Shown here: piece by piece, positions 48,476 to 58,500 of the stretch
Layout of the letters: each line of letters opens with the position of its first letter
Numbering within the stretch: the stretch's first letter is position 1
Assembly: GCA_964485195.1 (NCBI GenBank)
Contig: CAZAIK010000002.1
Span: 76,972-140,971 of the forward strand
Direction: 5' to 3'
Source of the DNA: an uncultured Methanosarcinales archaeon
Lineage (GTDB): Archaea > Nanobdellota > Nanobdellia > Woesearchaeales > CAIVOO01
DNA length: 64,000 bases
The notes under the pieces: generated by a model
The model's input: the letters and a program-made list of their open reading frames with translations, nothing else
Databases searched by the model: none
Told to the model about the DNA's origin: nothing
Program-made: the position numbers and the translations under genes

Positions 48476-50035
48476 TCATTCCTGTTTAGCTTCTGCATAA
48501 GTCCCCATTGTATGATGGGCCTTGAAAGCCCTTAACTGCGCCGGGCTGAAAGAGGTGGGAAACGCTTCAAATATCTCATTGACGGGAATTCCTGAATTCA
48601 TCAAATCAATAGCTTCCTCCTTTGTGATTGTTTCAATGTCCCTGTCCTCCTCTGCAACTGTTTCCTTTTTGTCATAAGTGCCCATAGTGAGGTGCGCTTT
48701 CCACTGCGATAACGGCTTGCTTTCCCAGCACCTGTATCTTTTCTTTAATTCATCAACAGTTGCGCCGTTCCTGAATTCCTCAATCGCCCTTTCCTTAGTC
48801 AAAACGGGCTTGGATGAATTCCCGAGGAAAACCACATTATTTGACTTGTCAGCAACTTCAATTACTTTTTGGGGTTTAACAAGGTCTTCCTCTTCTTGGG
48901 CATATTTCTTCAGGCCTTTGTAAAGCGCAATTAATTGTTTCTTGTCCCCTAACTTGAACTTCTCAGGGAAATTAATTATTTCCCCTATCTTTTTGGCCGC
49001 ATTAATTGAGCGTCTTGGGTGAACCAGATAATGCAATGTTCCAATCATTGGAGCTCCGGACTCAGAAATGTAAGAGTATGAATCTGCGTCTTTGGCCCTG
49101 AAAACCTTTGAGCTGTTTGATATGTCCTTAAGCGCAAGCCACAAGCCTCTCTGGAAATGCTCTTCCTTCAATCCGTTCTTATCGCATTCCTGCTTTAGAT
49201 AACCCCAAACTACATTCTCAAGCAATTTTGGCAGGACCACCAAGAGGGGCGACCATTCCAGGGAGCTGAAAACTTTATCTTTGTCCAGTCTTATTCCTTT
49301 TCCTGTAGTCTTCTCTGCTTCTTGTATGAAACCTCCAAGAATCTCTGTTAATTCCACACCTGTTAAAAAATTAAAAATCTTGCTATAGGCACTGTAGCTT
49401 GAATTGCTGAAGGAGGCTTTTACAACTGAAATGTATGCAGAGCCTTTTTCGGGCATGAAAGTGCTGCCGCTTTTTATTTTGTTTAAAAAATGATTTGACC
49501 TTTCTGTTAATGCTCTGATCTGTCCTTCAGAAAAAATCGGGCAGTTTTTTTCTGCATCAAGGTTTGTTGAATAGCTAAAATGGTAGAGAGGCAGGGTTTT
49601 ATTGTCCCTTCTCAGCAAATTGCAGGTGTGAAGCACAAAATAATTATTTCTCTGTTTATTGATCAAGTTCCTCATCATATAGAACTGTTTTTCAGTTATG
49701 GGCCCTATAAAATCAAGGCTTGCCACATCAAAAATAGTCGCATTTTTTTCCGAGATGTAATCTTCAATAGAGCCGCGGCATAATTCTATTCCCAGGCCTT
49801 TGCTTTCTATCTCATCAGCGATGTCCCTTTCCCTTTCAACTCCCGTTACGTTTTCCCTGGGTATGTCCAGGGGGTCGTAGACCTGGAACACTTCTGCAGC
49901 GTCAATGCCCGGAAGGCAGAGCACTTTCAGCTCTGAGGGCTTTTTGAACTTGAGGAGGGTTTCCTCTACCATCCCCTTTTGCAAATACCTGGCCTTTGCC
50001 TTTGCCCAGTCTGATTCGTAGTGTTTTTCTGCCAT
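48476..50035 (-). CDS. SAM-methyltransferase-like protein with a duplicated C-terminal KAHxTMGTY module
   Basis: VLCLPG...VTGVER...FDVASLDF.G Rossmann pattern; two repeats of about 43 aa at the C-terminus. Confidence 0.6.
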   Translation of the reverse strand: MAEKHYESDWAKAKARYLQKGMVEETLLKFKKPSELKVLCLPGIDAAEVFQVYDPLDIPRENVTGVERERDIADEIESKGLGIELCRGSIEDYISEKNATIFDVASLDFIGPITEKQFYMMRNLINKQRNNYFVLHTCNLLRRDNKTLPLYHFSYSTNLDAEKNCPIFSEGQIRALTERSNHFLNKIKSGSTFMPEKGSAYISVVKASFSNSSYSAYSKIFNFLTGVELTEILGGFIQEAEKTTGKGIRLDKDKVFSSLEWSPLLVVLPKLLENVVWGYLKQECDKNGLKEEHFQRGLWLALKDISNSSKVFRAKDADSYSYISESGAPMIGTLHYLVHPRRSINAAKKIGEIINFPEKFKLGDKKQLIALYKGLKKYAQEEEDLVKPQKVIEVADKSNNVVFLGNSSKPVLTKERAIEEFRNGATVDELKKRYRCWESKPLSQWKAHLTMGTYDKKETVAEEDRDIETITKEEAIDLMNSGIPVNEIFEAFPTSFSPAQLRAFKAHHTMGTYAEAKQE

Positions 50036-50162
50036 GGCCTGAAATTTGCCAATGACTTAATAAAACTTTCTTTTTTAACCACTTATAAGTAATAATTTAT
50101 AATCGGATTTCTTCTGATTTGCCAAGGAAAACCTTATAAAACCATTAAAGCTTCTTTCGCTT

Positions 50163-51122
50163 ATGAACGAGAAGGAAAAATCAGAGATTATAAGGAGAAA
50201 CACAGAGGAGATAGTGACAGAGGAGGAATTCAAGGAAGTTCTGAAGGAGAAAAGTCCTGCTGTTTACTGCGGTTATGAGCCTTCAGGCCCGATGCACCTG
50301 GGGCATTTTGTTACAATAACAAAGCTTATGGATTTGCAAAAGGCAGGATTCAAGGTCAAGGTTTTGCTTGCTGATGTCCACGCAATCCTCAACAGGAAGG
50401 GAAGCGAGGATGAAATCAGGAAAGAGGTTGAAAGGTGGAGCAAGACTGTCAAGGCCATAGGCCTGGAAGCTGAAGTTGTTCTTGGAAGCTCTTTCCAGTT
50501 TGAGAAGGAATACCAGATGGATGTTATGCGTCTTGCACAGTCCTCAACAATCAACAGGGGACTCAGGAGCATGCAGGAAATTGCCAGGGACATAGAAAAC
50601 GCGACAATATCGCAATTACTATACCCAATAATGCAGGTTGTTGACATAAAGGCATTAAATGTTGATGTTGCTTTGGGAGGTTTGGAGCAAAGAAAGGTCC
50701 ATATGATAGGGAGGGATATGTCAAAAATCCTTGACTACAATTTTGTTGCAATGCACACCCCGTTGATAACCTCGCTGAAAGGGCCCGGGGAAAAAATGTC
50801 AAGTTCAATAAAGGGAAGCCTCATCTCTGTCACAGACTCCTATGAAGATATAAAGAAGATAATGAAAGATGCCTACTGCCCTGAGAAGGAGATAAAGGAA
50901 AATCCTGTGCTTCAAATAGCGAAGCTGATAATCTTCCCCCAGTTCAGGTCAATAAGCATAAGCAGGCCTGAGAAATTCGGGGGGGATTTGGAAGTTAAGG
51001 ATTACGATGAGCTTGAGCTTCTTTATGGCAAGGGAAAACTGCATCCCCTGGATCTTAAGAGCGCTGTCGCGGATTACCTGGAGAAGGTAATAGCCCCGAT
51101 AAGGGACAAGTTTTATTCTTAA
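50163..51122 (+). CDS. tyrS: Tyrosyl-tRNA synthetase (archaeal)
   Basis: YCGYEPSGPMHLGH, YPIMQ, KMSSS, LHPLDLK. Confidence 0.97.
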   Translation: MNEKEKSEIIRRNTEEIVTEEEFKEVLKEKSPAVYCGYEPSGPMHLGHFVTITKLMDLQKAGFKVKVLLADVHAILNRKGSEDEIRKEVERWSKTVKAIGLEAEVVLGSSFQFEKEYQMDVMRLAQSSTINRGLRSMQEIARDIENATISQLLYPIMQVVDIKALNVDVALGGLEQRKVHMIGRDMSKILDYNFVAMHTPLITSLKGPGEKMSSSIKGSLISVTDSYEDIKKIMKDAYCPEKEIKENPVLQIAKLIIFPQFRSISISRPEKFGGDLEVKDYDELELLYGKGKLHPLDLKSAVADYLEKVIAPIRDKFYS

Positions 51123-51844
51123 CTTTCCTGCCACTTGTGGAACTGGGCTAAAGCCCTCAGCAAGTCATTTGAGGAAAAGTCGTTCCAGCTCTTGTCTGAA
51201 AAATATATTTTTGCGTTGATTGAGTCCCAGAGCAAGAACCCTGACAAGTGTTTTGTGCCGTCCATTACCACGATGAGCTCTGGAGGCAGGAAGTAAGAGC
51301 TGTAAAGATTCTCCTTCACCAGCTCCTTGGAGATGTTTTCAGGGTCCATCTTTTCTGCCTCTATTTTCTTCCCGATTATCTTGCAGGCGTCCGCTATCTC
51401 CTCCTGCCCGTCATAGTTTATGCAGAAGTTCAGGAAGTACTTGTCATACTCCTTTGTCTCGTCAGCTATTTTCTTGATGGATTCCACTGCCTTGGCGGGC
51501 ATGTTATACCATTTTCCCATTGTGCTTATCTTTATCTTGTTGTGGTGCACCTTCTTCTCGTGCGCCAGGTCCTCAAAAAAGCTGGCTATGGCTTCCACGA
51601 TTGCGGGGAAGTTATCGTCCTTTTTTGACTCTGCTGACAGCAGGTAAACCGTGAATATTGGTATGTCATACTGGGCCTGCACGTCTATGAATTCCTTTAT
51701 CTTGGCAAGCTTGTTCTTGAAATGCTGCTCCAAAGGTATTTTCACGCCCTTGGACCTGTAATTATTGTAAGTGAGGGCCATGTGCTTGGGCAGGTTGGCC
51801 TGTTTTCTCTTTTTCAGCCTGCTGAGAAACTTTTCAATCATCAC
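51119..51844 (-). CDS. cis-prenyltransferase (UppS) homolog with degenerate active site
   Basis: PKHMAL, NYDGQEEI, LSGFLLW; DGNRR replaced by YNNYR. Confidence 0.8.
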   Translation of the reverse strand: MMIEKFLSRLKKRKQANLPKHMALTYNNYRSKGVKIPLEQHFKNKLAKIKEFIDVQAQYDIPIFTVYLLSAESKKDDNFPAIVEAIASFFEDLAHEKKVHHNKIKISTMGKWYNMPAKAVESIKKIADETKEYDKYFLNFCINYDGQEEIADACKIIGKKIEAEKMDPENISKELVKENLYSSYFLPPELIVVMDGTKHLSGFLLWDSINAKIYFSDKSWNDFSSNDLLRALAQFHKWQES

Positions 51845-51894
51845 TCTGCTAACATAACAAATCTTTATAAATATTTTGTGGCCTTGTTTTTAAA

Positions 51895-52752
51895 ATGGAA
51901 TGGCTTTTCTTTTCAATCGCGCTGGTTTTTCTATTTGTGGGCTCTTACACAGACATAAGGACAAGGGAGGTGCCTGACTGGGTTAATTTCAGCCTTATCT
52001 CCACAGGAGTTGCCCTCCACGCAATCCTGAGCATTTCAGAAGGCAGCTGGCTTCCTGTTGCCTCTTCAGGCCTGGGCCTGGGCCTGGGGGTGGGGATTGC
52101 CTTTGCAATGTACTATATGGGCCAGTGGGGAGGGGGCGATGCCAAGCTACTGATGGGGCTTGGGGCTGTCATAGGCTTTGACCTTTCCAACACCTTCTTT
52201 CTTTCATTCCTGATAAACACCTTCTTTATTGGGGCTGTTTACGGATTATGTTACGGCGCATTGCTTGCCCTGAGGAAAAAGGAGAAATTTGTTAAAACAT
52301 TCAAAACAATCTATTACCAGGCCCCTCTTTTTATCCGACGGGGAGCCTTGTTTTTCCTGGGACTGCTTGTTGTTCTGGGAATCATTGTTATTCTTTTCCT
52401 GGTAAATCTCGTGCTGGTTTACATCATCTCCCTGCTTATCGCGATGATTGCCCTTTTCTACCTTTATGTCTTTGCCAAGTCAATAGAGAAGTGCTGCATG
52501 CTCAAGAAAGTGAATCCTTCTGAGCTGACAGAGGGGGACTGGATAGCGAAGGATGTCAGGATAAAGGGCAAACAGGTTGTGGGCCCCAAGGACTTGGGAA
52601 TCAGCAAGAGGCAGATTGAGAAATTAAAAAAACACAACGTGAGGAAAGTACTGGTAAAGGAAGGGGTCCCGTTTGTGCCCAGCTTCCTTATCTCGTTCCT
52701 CTTCACCTATTTCTTCGGAAATGTGATATTCGGATTTATTACAATATGGTAA
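51895..52752 (+). CDS. Prepilin/preflagellin peptidase (A24, PibD/FlaK-like)
   Basis: SYTDIRTREVPD, GGGDAKL, LTEGDW, PFVPSF. Confidence 0.92.
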   Translation: MEWLFFSIALVFLFVGSYTDIRTREVPDWVNFSLISTGVALHAILSISEGSWLPVASSGLGLGLGVGIAFAMYYMGQWGGGDAKLLMGLGAVIGFDLSNTFFLSFLINTFFIGAVYGLCYGALLALRKKEKFVKTFKTIYYQAPLFIRRGALFFLGLLVVLGIIVILFLVNLVLVYIISLLIAMIALFYLYVFAKSIEKCCMLKKVNPSELTEGDWIAKDVRIKGKQVVGPKDLGISKRQIEKLKKHNVRKVLVKEGVPFVPSFLISFLFTYFFGNVIFGFITIW

Positions 52753-52761
52753 AATAACATA

Positions 52762-52802
52762 TATGTCACTAAAGAGTGGTTAAAAATGGAAAGGTTTAAA
52801 TA
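52762..52802 (+). promoter_or_regulatory. Conserved upstream element plus BRE/TATA (copy 1)
   Basis: TATGTCACTAAAgaGTGGTTAAAAATGgaAAGGTTTA; 33/37 identical to 60226-60262. Confidence 0.7.
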
Positions 52803-52824
52803 ATAAGCTATTATAAACCGCTTT

Positions 52825-53511
52825 ATGAACAGCGAAAACCCCCTCAGGAAATCTTCACTAAGCAAACTGGCTGAAAAAGTAGGGAATTATCAGGAAGGAA
52901 AGCACCCATTTGAACTTGATTGCGCAGAAGGGTTAATAGAAGAGCTGGAAAAAAGGAACAAAAACAGCAGGCTTTCCTGCGCCTTTGAATCAGGAACTGA
53001 TATTGGCGGTTTTAACATAGCAGCCTACAAGATATTTCTTGATGGAAAACCCCTGGGAATATTTGGGATGCGAAGCTATTTTTTTATGCTTCCTGAAAAT
53101 CTCCGGACTGATGAGGGCTCAATAGTGAGCAGGTTCAATGAAATGGTTTATCATGGAGAGATCCCCGGATACGCAAAAGGGGAAATTGTTCTTGTGGCAG
53201 GCGAATGCGCCCAGACCCCAAAATCAGACCCTTTGTTTGATATGGCTGAAAAGGCAGTTTCTGTAAGGGAGCTTTTTCAAAAAGCTGCTGAAAAAAACCT
53301 TCCTGAACTGGTTGAAGGCATAATCAGGAACAATACTCCTGAAGGCGAACCATTGTACAGGCAGGATTTTCACAAAGTCAAATTTGCAAGACTTGAGGCA
53401 GATGGTTTTGAAAGGTGGAAGCACTTCAGCAAAGCCCGAGGGGAAGGCTATTTATCAAAAGCGAGGAACGCGGTAAGATACATTTGCCGCTTGTTTAAAA
53501 ATGAAAGGTGA
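52825..53511 (+). CDS. Hypothetical cytoplasmic protein co-transcribed with the ARH gene
   Basis: 228-aa ORF overlapping the ARH start by 11 bp. Confidence 0.65.
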   Translation: MNSENPLRKSSLSKLAEKVGNYQEGKHPFELDCAEGLIEELEKRNKNSRLSCAFESGTDIGGFNIAAYKIFLDGKPLGIFGMRSYFFMLPENLRTDEGSIVSRFNEMVYHGEIPGYAKGEIVLVAGECAQTPKSDPLFDMAEKAVSVRELFQKAAEKNLPELVEGIIRNNTPEGEPLYRQDFHKVKFARLEADGFERWKHFSKARGEGYLSKARNAVRYICRLFKNER

Positions 53512-54466
53512 ACTTGAAGAAAGGTTTTCAGGAAGCCTGGTGGGCTCTGCAGTAGGGGATTCCCTGGGAGCGCCCTATGAATTCCAGGGCAGGAACCTTG
53601 CAAGAAGATACTACAATCCTGAGAGCCATATCAAGCTTTTCTATACCGACGACACCCAGCAGACAATTGCCCTGGCAGAGTCGTTGGTGGAAGCAGGTGA
53701 TAGTTTTCAGGACGTCTTTGGAAGAAAACTTGCTGAGTGGAGACTGGAAATGTCCAGGCAGGAAGAGGCCATAAAACGCAAGCCAGGAACTACCTGCATG
53801 ATTGGAGCCAAGAATTTTGCAAAAGGAATAGCGCCCAGCGAATGCGGAGTTGAAGAGAGCCTGGGAGTGGGGGCTGCAATGAGGGTCCATCCCATAGGTC
53901 TTTTTTATGAAGATGAGGAAGTGGCTGTCCCAGCAAGAATGTCTTCAGAGCTGACACACAGGGACCCCAGGATTTATGTTTCCTCTTCTTTGATAGCCTA
54001 CACAGTTTCCAGGCTAAAACACACCAGGCCTGAGGATTTCAAGCCGGACAATTTTCTGGACGAGCTTGTGAAATATTCCCAATCACTTGAAACCCGTTTT
54101 GGAAGACGGGAAAAATTCAATATTTCAGACATTGTTGGAGAGATGAGAGATTCTTACCCAGGTATGGAATTCATAGACAAAACTTACAGTAAAGGAAGAT
54201 GCTATGATACAGCCCCGTTAGCCCTTTACTGTTTTCTGTTGCACCCCACAGATTTTACGGAGGCAGTGTCAGAGTCAGTAAAGTTAGGAGATGATGCAGA
54301 CACTTCCGGATGTATAACCGGTGGGATAAGCGGGGCGTTGAATGGAATGAATGCAATTCCTGAAAGGTTTGTGAAAAACCTGGAAAACGGTGATTACATT
54401 ATTAAATTAGCTTCAGAGCTGTTTAAGAAGTATAAGGATAAAACTGATTTAACTATTGCGATATGA
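53501..54466 (+). CDS. ADP-ribosylglycohydrolase (DraG/ARH family)
   Basis: GDSLGAPYEF, YTDDTQQT, GAAMRVHP, THRD, GDDADTSGCITG. Confidence 0.95.
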   Translation: MKGELEERFSGSLVGSAVGDSLGAPYEFQGRNLARRYYNPESHIKLFYTDDTQQTIALAESLVEAGDSFQDVFGRKLAEWRLEMSRQEEAIKRKPGTTCMIGAKNFAKGIAPSECGVEESLGVGAAMRVHPIGLFYEDEEVAVPARMSSELTHRDPRIYVSSSLIAYTVSRLKHTRPEDFKPDNFLDELVKYSQSLETRFGRREKFNISDIVGEMRDSYPGMEFIDKTYSKGRCYDTAPLALYCFLLHPTDFTEAVSESVKLGDDADTSGCITGGISGALNGMNAIPERFVKNLENGDYIIKLASELFKKYKDKTDLTIAI

Positions 54467-55556
54467 CTTCTGAACTGGGAACCAAATTTCCTGTTGCAGG
54501 GTCAACAACATATTCTGTCCCCAATCCCGGATAAGTGCCTACATCAACAAATCCTTTGTTAACAGGATCATATACCTTTGCACTGCTTGCGGGATTAAAG
54601 GGGTCTGACAAGCCAACCACCAATCCTTCTGGATTCTGTGTGGCCACGAGTGTGTATGTTTTATCTGTCTCATCAAACCTGTATACATTCCGCATCCAGG
54701 AGCTGTCGGTGCTTCTCCCAATCAGCAATTCTGCTTCTTCCTCCCTTGAAGCAGTCGTAGTTGCTATTCTGTTCTCGGGAATGGCATATTCAGTAACAAA
54801 TCCGCCTTCCCCTGCAGCTCCTCCTGCAACCCTGGCATCAGTGGTGCCGGAAAGAAATGGAGATCCTGTGCCTTTCCCTGTCGGGTCCCTAATAACGACA
54901 GAAGGGTCTCTGGTATGAGTGAATGCAGCAGGGCCAACTTCAAAATCATCCAGATTTTCAACGCCAAGCACATCTTCAAATGTTCTCCCTTCCTGTTTCG
55001 CATATTCAAGCGCACTGCTGGGCTCCCCCTCTCTTAACAAATGGTCATACCATTGTTGCGTGCTTAATCCGCCTCTCTTTCCTCCGCGAAGATGAACACC
55101 TCTATACACTCCGCCGATAGCAGTTTGAGGATTTTCTGCCTCTGACAAAAATGTTTCAGCAGTTCCCCTTCCTTCTCCGCTGTGTATTGGTAAATCTGAA
55201 GTTTCCCTCCAAGCAGGGTCGTTAGCGCTGACTATTACTTTGGGAGGTTTTTTAGTGAAATCAGCCTGCCCGGTCCTTGTCATTTCATCAATCTCATCGC
55301 CTGTTGCCAGCCTGGCAGTCTGCTCAGGAGGAAGAATGTCATCTTGTGTTCTCACCCTGTCAAATACAGAGCTAAGAGCATCCTCCCCTGTCCTGTAGCA
55401 GGTTGCAGGGGCAAAGCCTGTTATCGCGCTTAAGGCAGGCTTTTTTTCTGTGAAAGTGAAGCTTAAGAAGAAGGCCAGGCCAAGCAACGCAATTATCACT
55501 ATGAAGATTGTTGCTGCATTCGCTTTCTTGTTTTTTTTCATTTTCACGTTGGACAT
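54453..55556 (-). CDS. Exported ADP-ribosyltransferase toxin-like protein (R-S-E clade)
   Basis: N-terminal basic + TM segment, ITGFA; VYRG ... H ... SPFLSGTTDARVA ... EEEAELL catalytic pattern. Confidence 0.75.
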   Translation of the reverse strand: MSNVKMKKNKKANAATIFIVIIALLGLAFFLSFTFTEKKPALSAITGFAPATCYRTGEDALSSVFDRVRTQDDILPPEQTARLATGDEIDEMTRTGQADFTKKPPKVIVSANDPAWRETSDLPIHSGEGRGTAETFLSEAENPQTAIGGVYRGVHLRGGKRGGLSTQQWYDHLLREGEPSSALEYAKQEGRTFEDVLGVENLDDFEVGPAAFTHTRDPSVVIRDPTGKGTGSPFLSGTTDARVAGGAAGEGGFVTEYAIPENRIATTTASREEEAELLIGRSTDSSWMRNVYRFDETDKTYTLVATQNPEGLVVGLSDPFNPASSAKVYDPVNKGFVDVGTYPGLGTEYVVDPATGNLVPSSEVISQ

Positions 55557-58500
55557 TCCACCTGTCTTCCCAAACTTGCTCCTACTGTGTCAAAATCATC
55601 TGCTGTTCCCACCACACTGCCTTGCGCATCCACCACAAGATTTGTTTTGTATTTCTCATTTATCCTTGCCAGCTCTGTCCCGTCAACTCTTGCAGAATCC
55701 ATGCTGTCAAAGAAATCATCCCTTTGCCTTGCCAGCAAATCATCAACAGAACTTTTTTCTGCGCTGGCGGCCTTCCTTGCTGACCTCTGCAATGCATTGT
55801 CCGTGAATCTTGCGCTTCCTGTTCCCACATCTGTCACTAACTGCTTAAGGCCAAGCTCCACTGTTTCGCCTGCTTCATCCCTTAATATAACTGTGCCCGC
55901 CCTGGTCATGTCATCTACGCTGAAAGTTTTCATCTGGCCTTTCACTAATCTCTGAACTGTTTTTCCTTTTCTTAATTGGGAAGCGAGTCTGCTTGCCGGA
56001 TTTATCGCAACGAAATTGCTTGCTATTGCCGCGAATGCGGAATTGACTCCAAGAGCAGGAAGGCCTGCTTCAACTACCAGGGCTCCTGCTGTTTCAAGCC
56101 CGACAGTTGTCAATGTTGGGTGTGCTGCATAAGCCCTGCTTCCCAAAGCAGCCAGCCTGGGGAAATTTGCTGTCAGGAAAGGGGCAACCCTTCCTCCTGA
56201 TGCAGCCAGTCCTGCAGCCCCTATTTTAGCAGTTACAGGTGCGGTTGCAACCATAAGGGCAACGCCTCCCAGGGTTTCCCCGTAAGTCTGCTCCAGCATT
56301 TCTGCATCCTCTGAATAGCCAGTTCCTGCTTGTATTCCTGGAAAAACCACACGTGTGGGTGATGAAAACCAGCCCTGGTCAATTGTTGTTTTTACAGCGT
56401 TGACATCATAGCCCTTTTCCAGGTCAGCAAGCGCCTGAACATCAGGGTTTTCCAGTGCAGAATCAAGGCCGTAAACAAGGTAGCCCAAATTCTCCGGCTT
56501 GGCATTGGGATACACCTGCTTGACCCATTCTATCTTCTCTGTTGAGCTCATTTGGGAAATGTCATTAACAGAAATTCCCTGCTCACTTGATTTCAGCAAT
56601 ATCTGAAATCCCAATGACTGCGCATTCAGTTCATTGGCAACAAATTCCTGCACTTTCTCCCTGCTCCCGAAATTTATCAGGTTGGTTGCTGCTGTGGCAA
56701 AACCTGAAGTAAGGGAATAGGTTTCCTGGAAAGTTGTGACAGATTCAGCTGACTGGAGCCTTGCATTGTTGTACATCTCTGTCAGCAAATTCCTCTCCAT
56801 TCCCCGGACCATCTGCTGCGCTTCGTCATAAACTGCAGAACCTTCATCAACTTTTGAGAGTCTCACTATGTTTTTAGCCATCATTTCCTTGTCTGAAGAA
56901 CTGCCAGCTTCCTGGAACAGTGAATTTATTTCAGCTATTTCCTGCTCATCCTCTGTGTGATATATCAATTCGCCGTCTTCAACTTCCCACTTGTCCTTGT
57001 ATTCTGTGTTTAACCTTTCCTGGGCGTTTTCAGTCTTTTTTATCAGGTCATTAATGTTCATCCTTGCGTCCACGTAAAGATGGATATTCCTGTTGTCTGA
57101 CTTTCTTTTGATTTCATTTGCCTTCTCAAAATCCCCCTGATTTATGTATTCATTGACAAGGGCTGCTGTCAACTCTTCCTCTGGCGTCACTCCTGATGCT
57201 ATGGACAGGTCAAAATATGCCTGAAACTCGTCAACCGAGCCTTCCCCGGCGTGCTCGTTTAATCTGGTGTAGGCGTCAAAGAATTCCTCCCTGTTTGTGC
57301 ACGAAGGATTATCTTGTATGCAGTTTACCAGCATTTTTGCGCCAGGGTCGTCGCTCACAACCCTGTCTAATGTTTCCTGGTCTATGTCAGATAAATCTAC
57401 TTGTGCCAGCTCCTGGGGGTTTGTTGTTGCTGCCTGCTCAAAGAAGCTGCGCACAGCTTCCCCTTCCTCAGGTGTGAGTATTGTTTCATCCCCGAGAGCT
57501 TCCTGCACATTTTCAGGGCCGAGTATGTTGAGGTAATTGCCTGAGCTTTCAACCAACCCTCCCTCCTTTGTCAGTGCCAGGTATGTTTTGCTTTCATCTT
57601 CTTCTGGTTTTGTGTCTGACAATAAGAAATCCTTTCCTCCGCTGAGCACTATGAAGTTGGCAGGGTTTTCCTTTACCTCTCCTAGGAATGACATTGTTTC
57701 CTCTGCCATCCTTATATTTATGTCGTTGTTGGATTTTGATATTATCATCTCAAACGGCTGTTCCCCTCTTTCAATTGAAACACCTTCCAAACCTGCGCCT
57801 ATCCTTTCATAGGCATCTGTGTTTCTTGAAATCTTCATTGCGTCAAGCCCGTCATTTGGCGCGTCAACTGTCACTGCATCCGCGTTTTCAGTGGAATAGG
57901 CAAGGAAAAGGATCTGTTCGGGGTTGTCCCCCTCATAGATTGTTGAGTCTGCTGTTATCCTTCCTGAAATGCCCAGCTCAAACCTTCCTACTGCAGATGT
58001 TACAGTATTTTCAGGATTGTTTGAATCCCTTCCCCTGTAAAAGTCAGCTTCCTGTCCGTTTCCCAGAAAATTGAATGTTTCAATTCCGTCCCTGCCGCTC
58101 ACTTCAGCGAAACCTTTTGCTATTACCGTGCTTCCCTTGTACCACACCTCTCCTCTCATTGGCTGCACAGGCTCAGCTGCCTGCGCCCTTTGCTCAGCCT
58201 CATCAAGCGTCAAAGGTTGGCCCGGGTTTTGTGTGCTTTGCGCATCTGAAGGGAGCTGGTTGGAATGTATCTGCACATCCCCTCCGTTTGTCCTCACTGA
58301 AATGTCTGAAGCGCTTCCGAAATCATAAAACCTGCTCTGCTCTCCGTTTAGCATCGGCAGCAGACTGGTCTCATCTCCCTTTGCCACGAACCTTCCGTCG
58401 TAAAGCCTTTGGCTGAATGTTGCCCTTGCATTGTCAGCCGCGACTGTGCCGTCGTTCAGGACTGCAAACCTTCCGCTTCTCGATTCAAATGTTATGGTCA

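Noticed and set aside
55544..55556. Sequencing frameshift splitting one carrier-toxin gene
   Set aside because: The downstream ORF begins with its own basic + hydrophobic export signal and the carrier frame has two consecutive stops, so two genes is more parsimonious (reads should still be checked)
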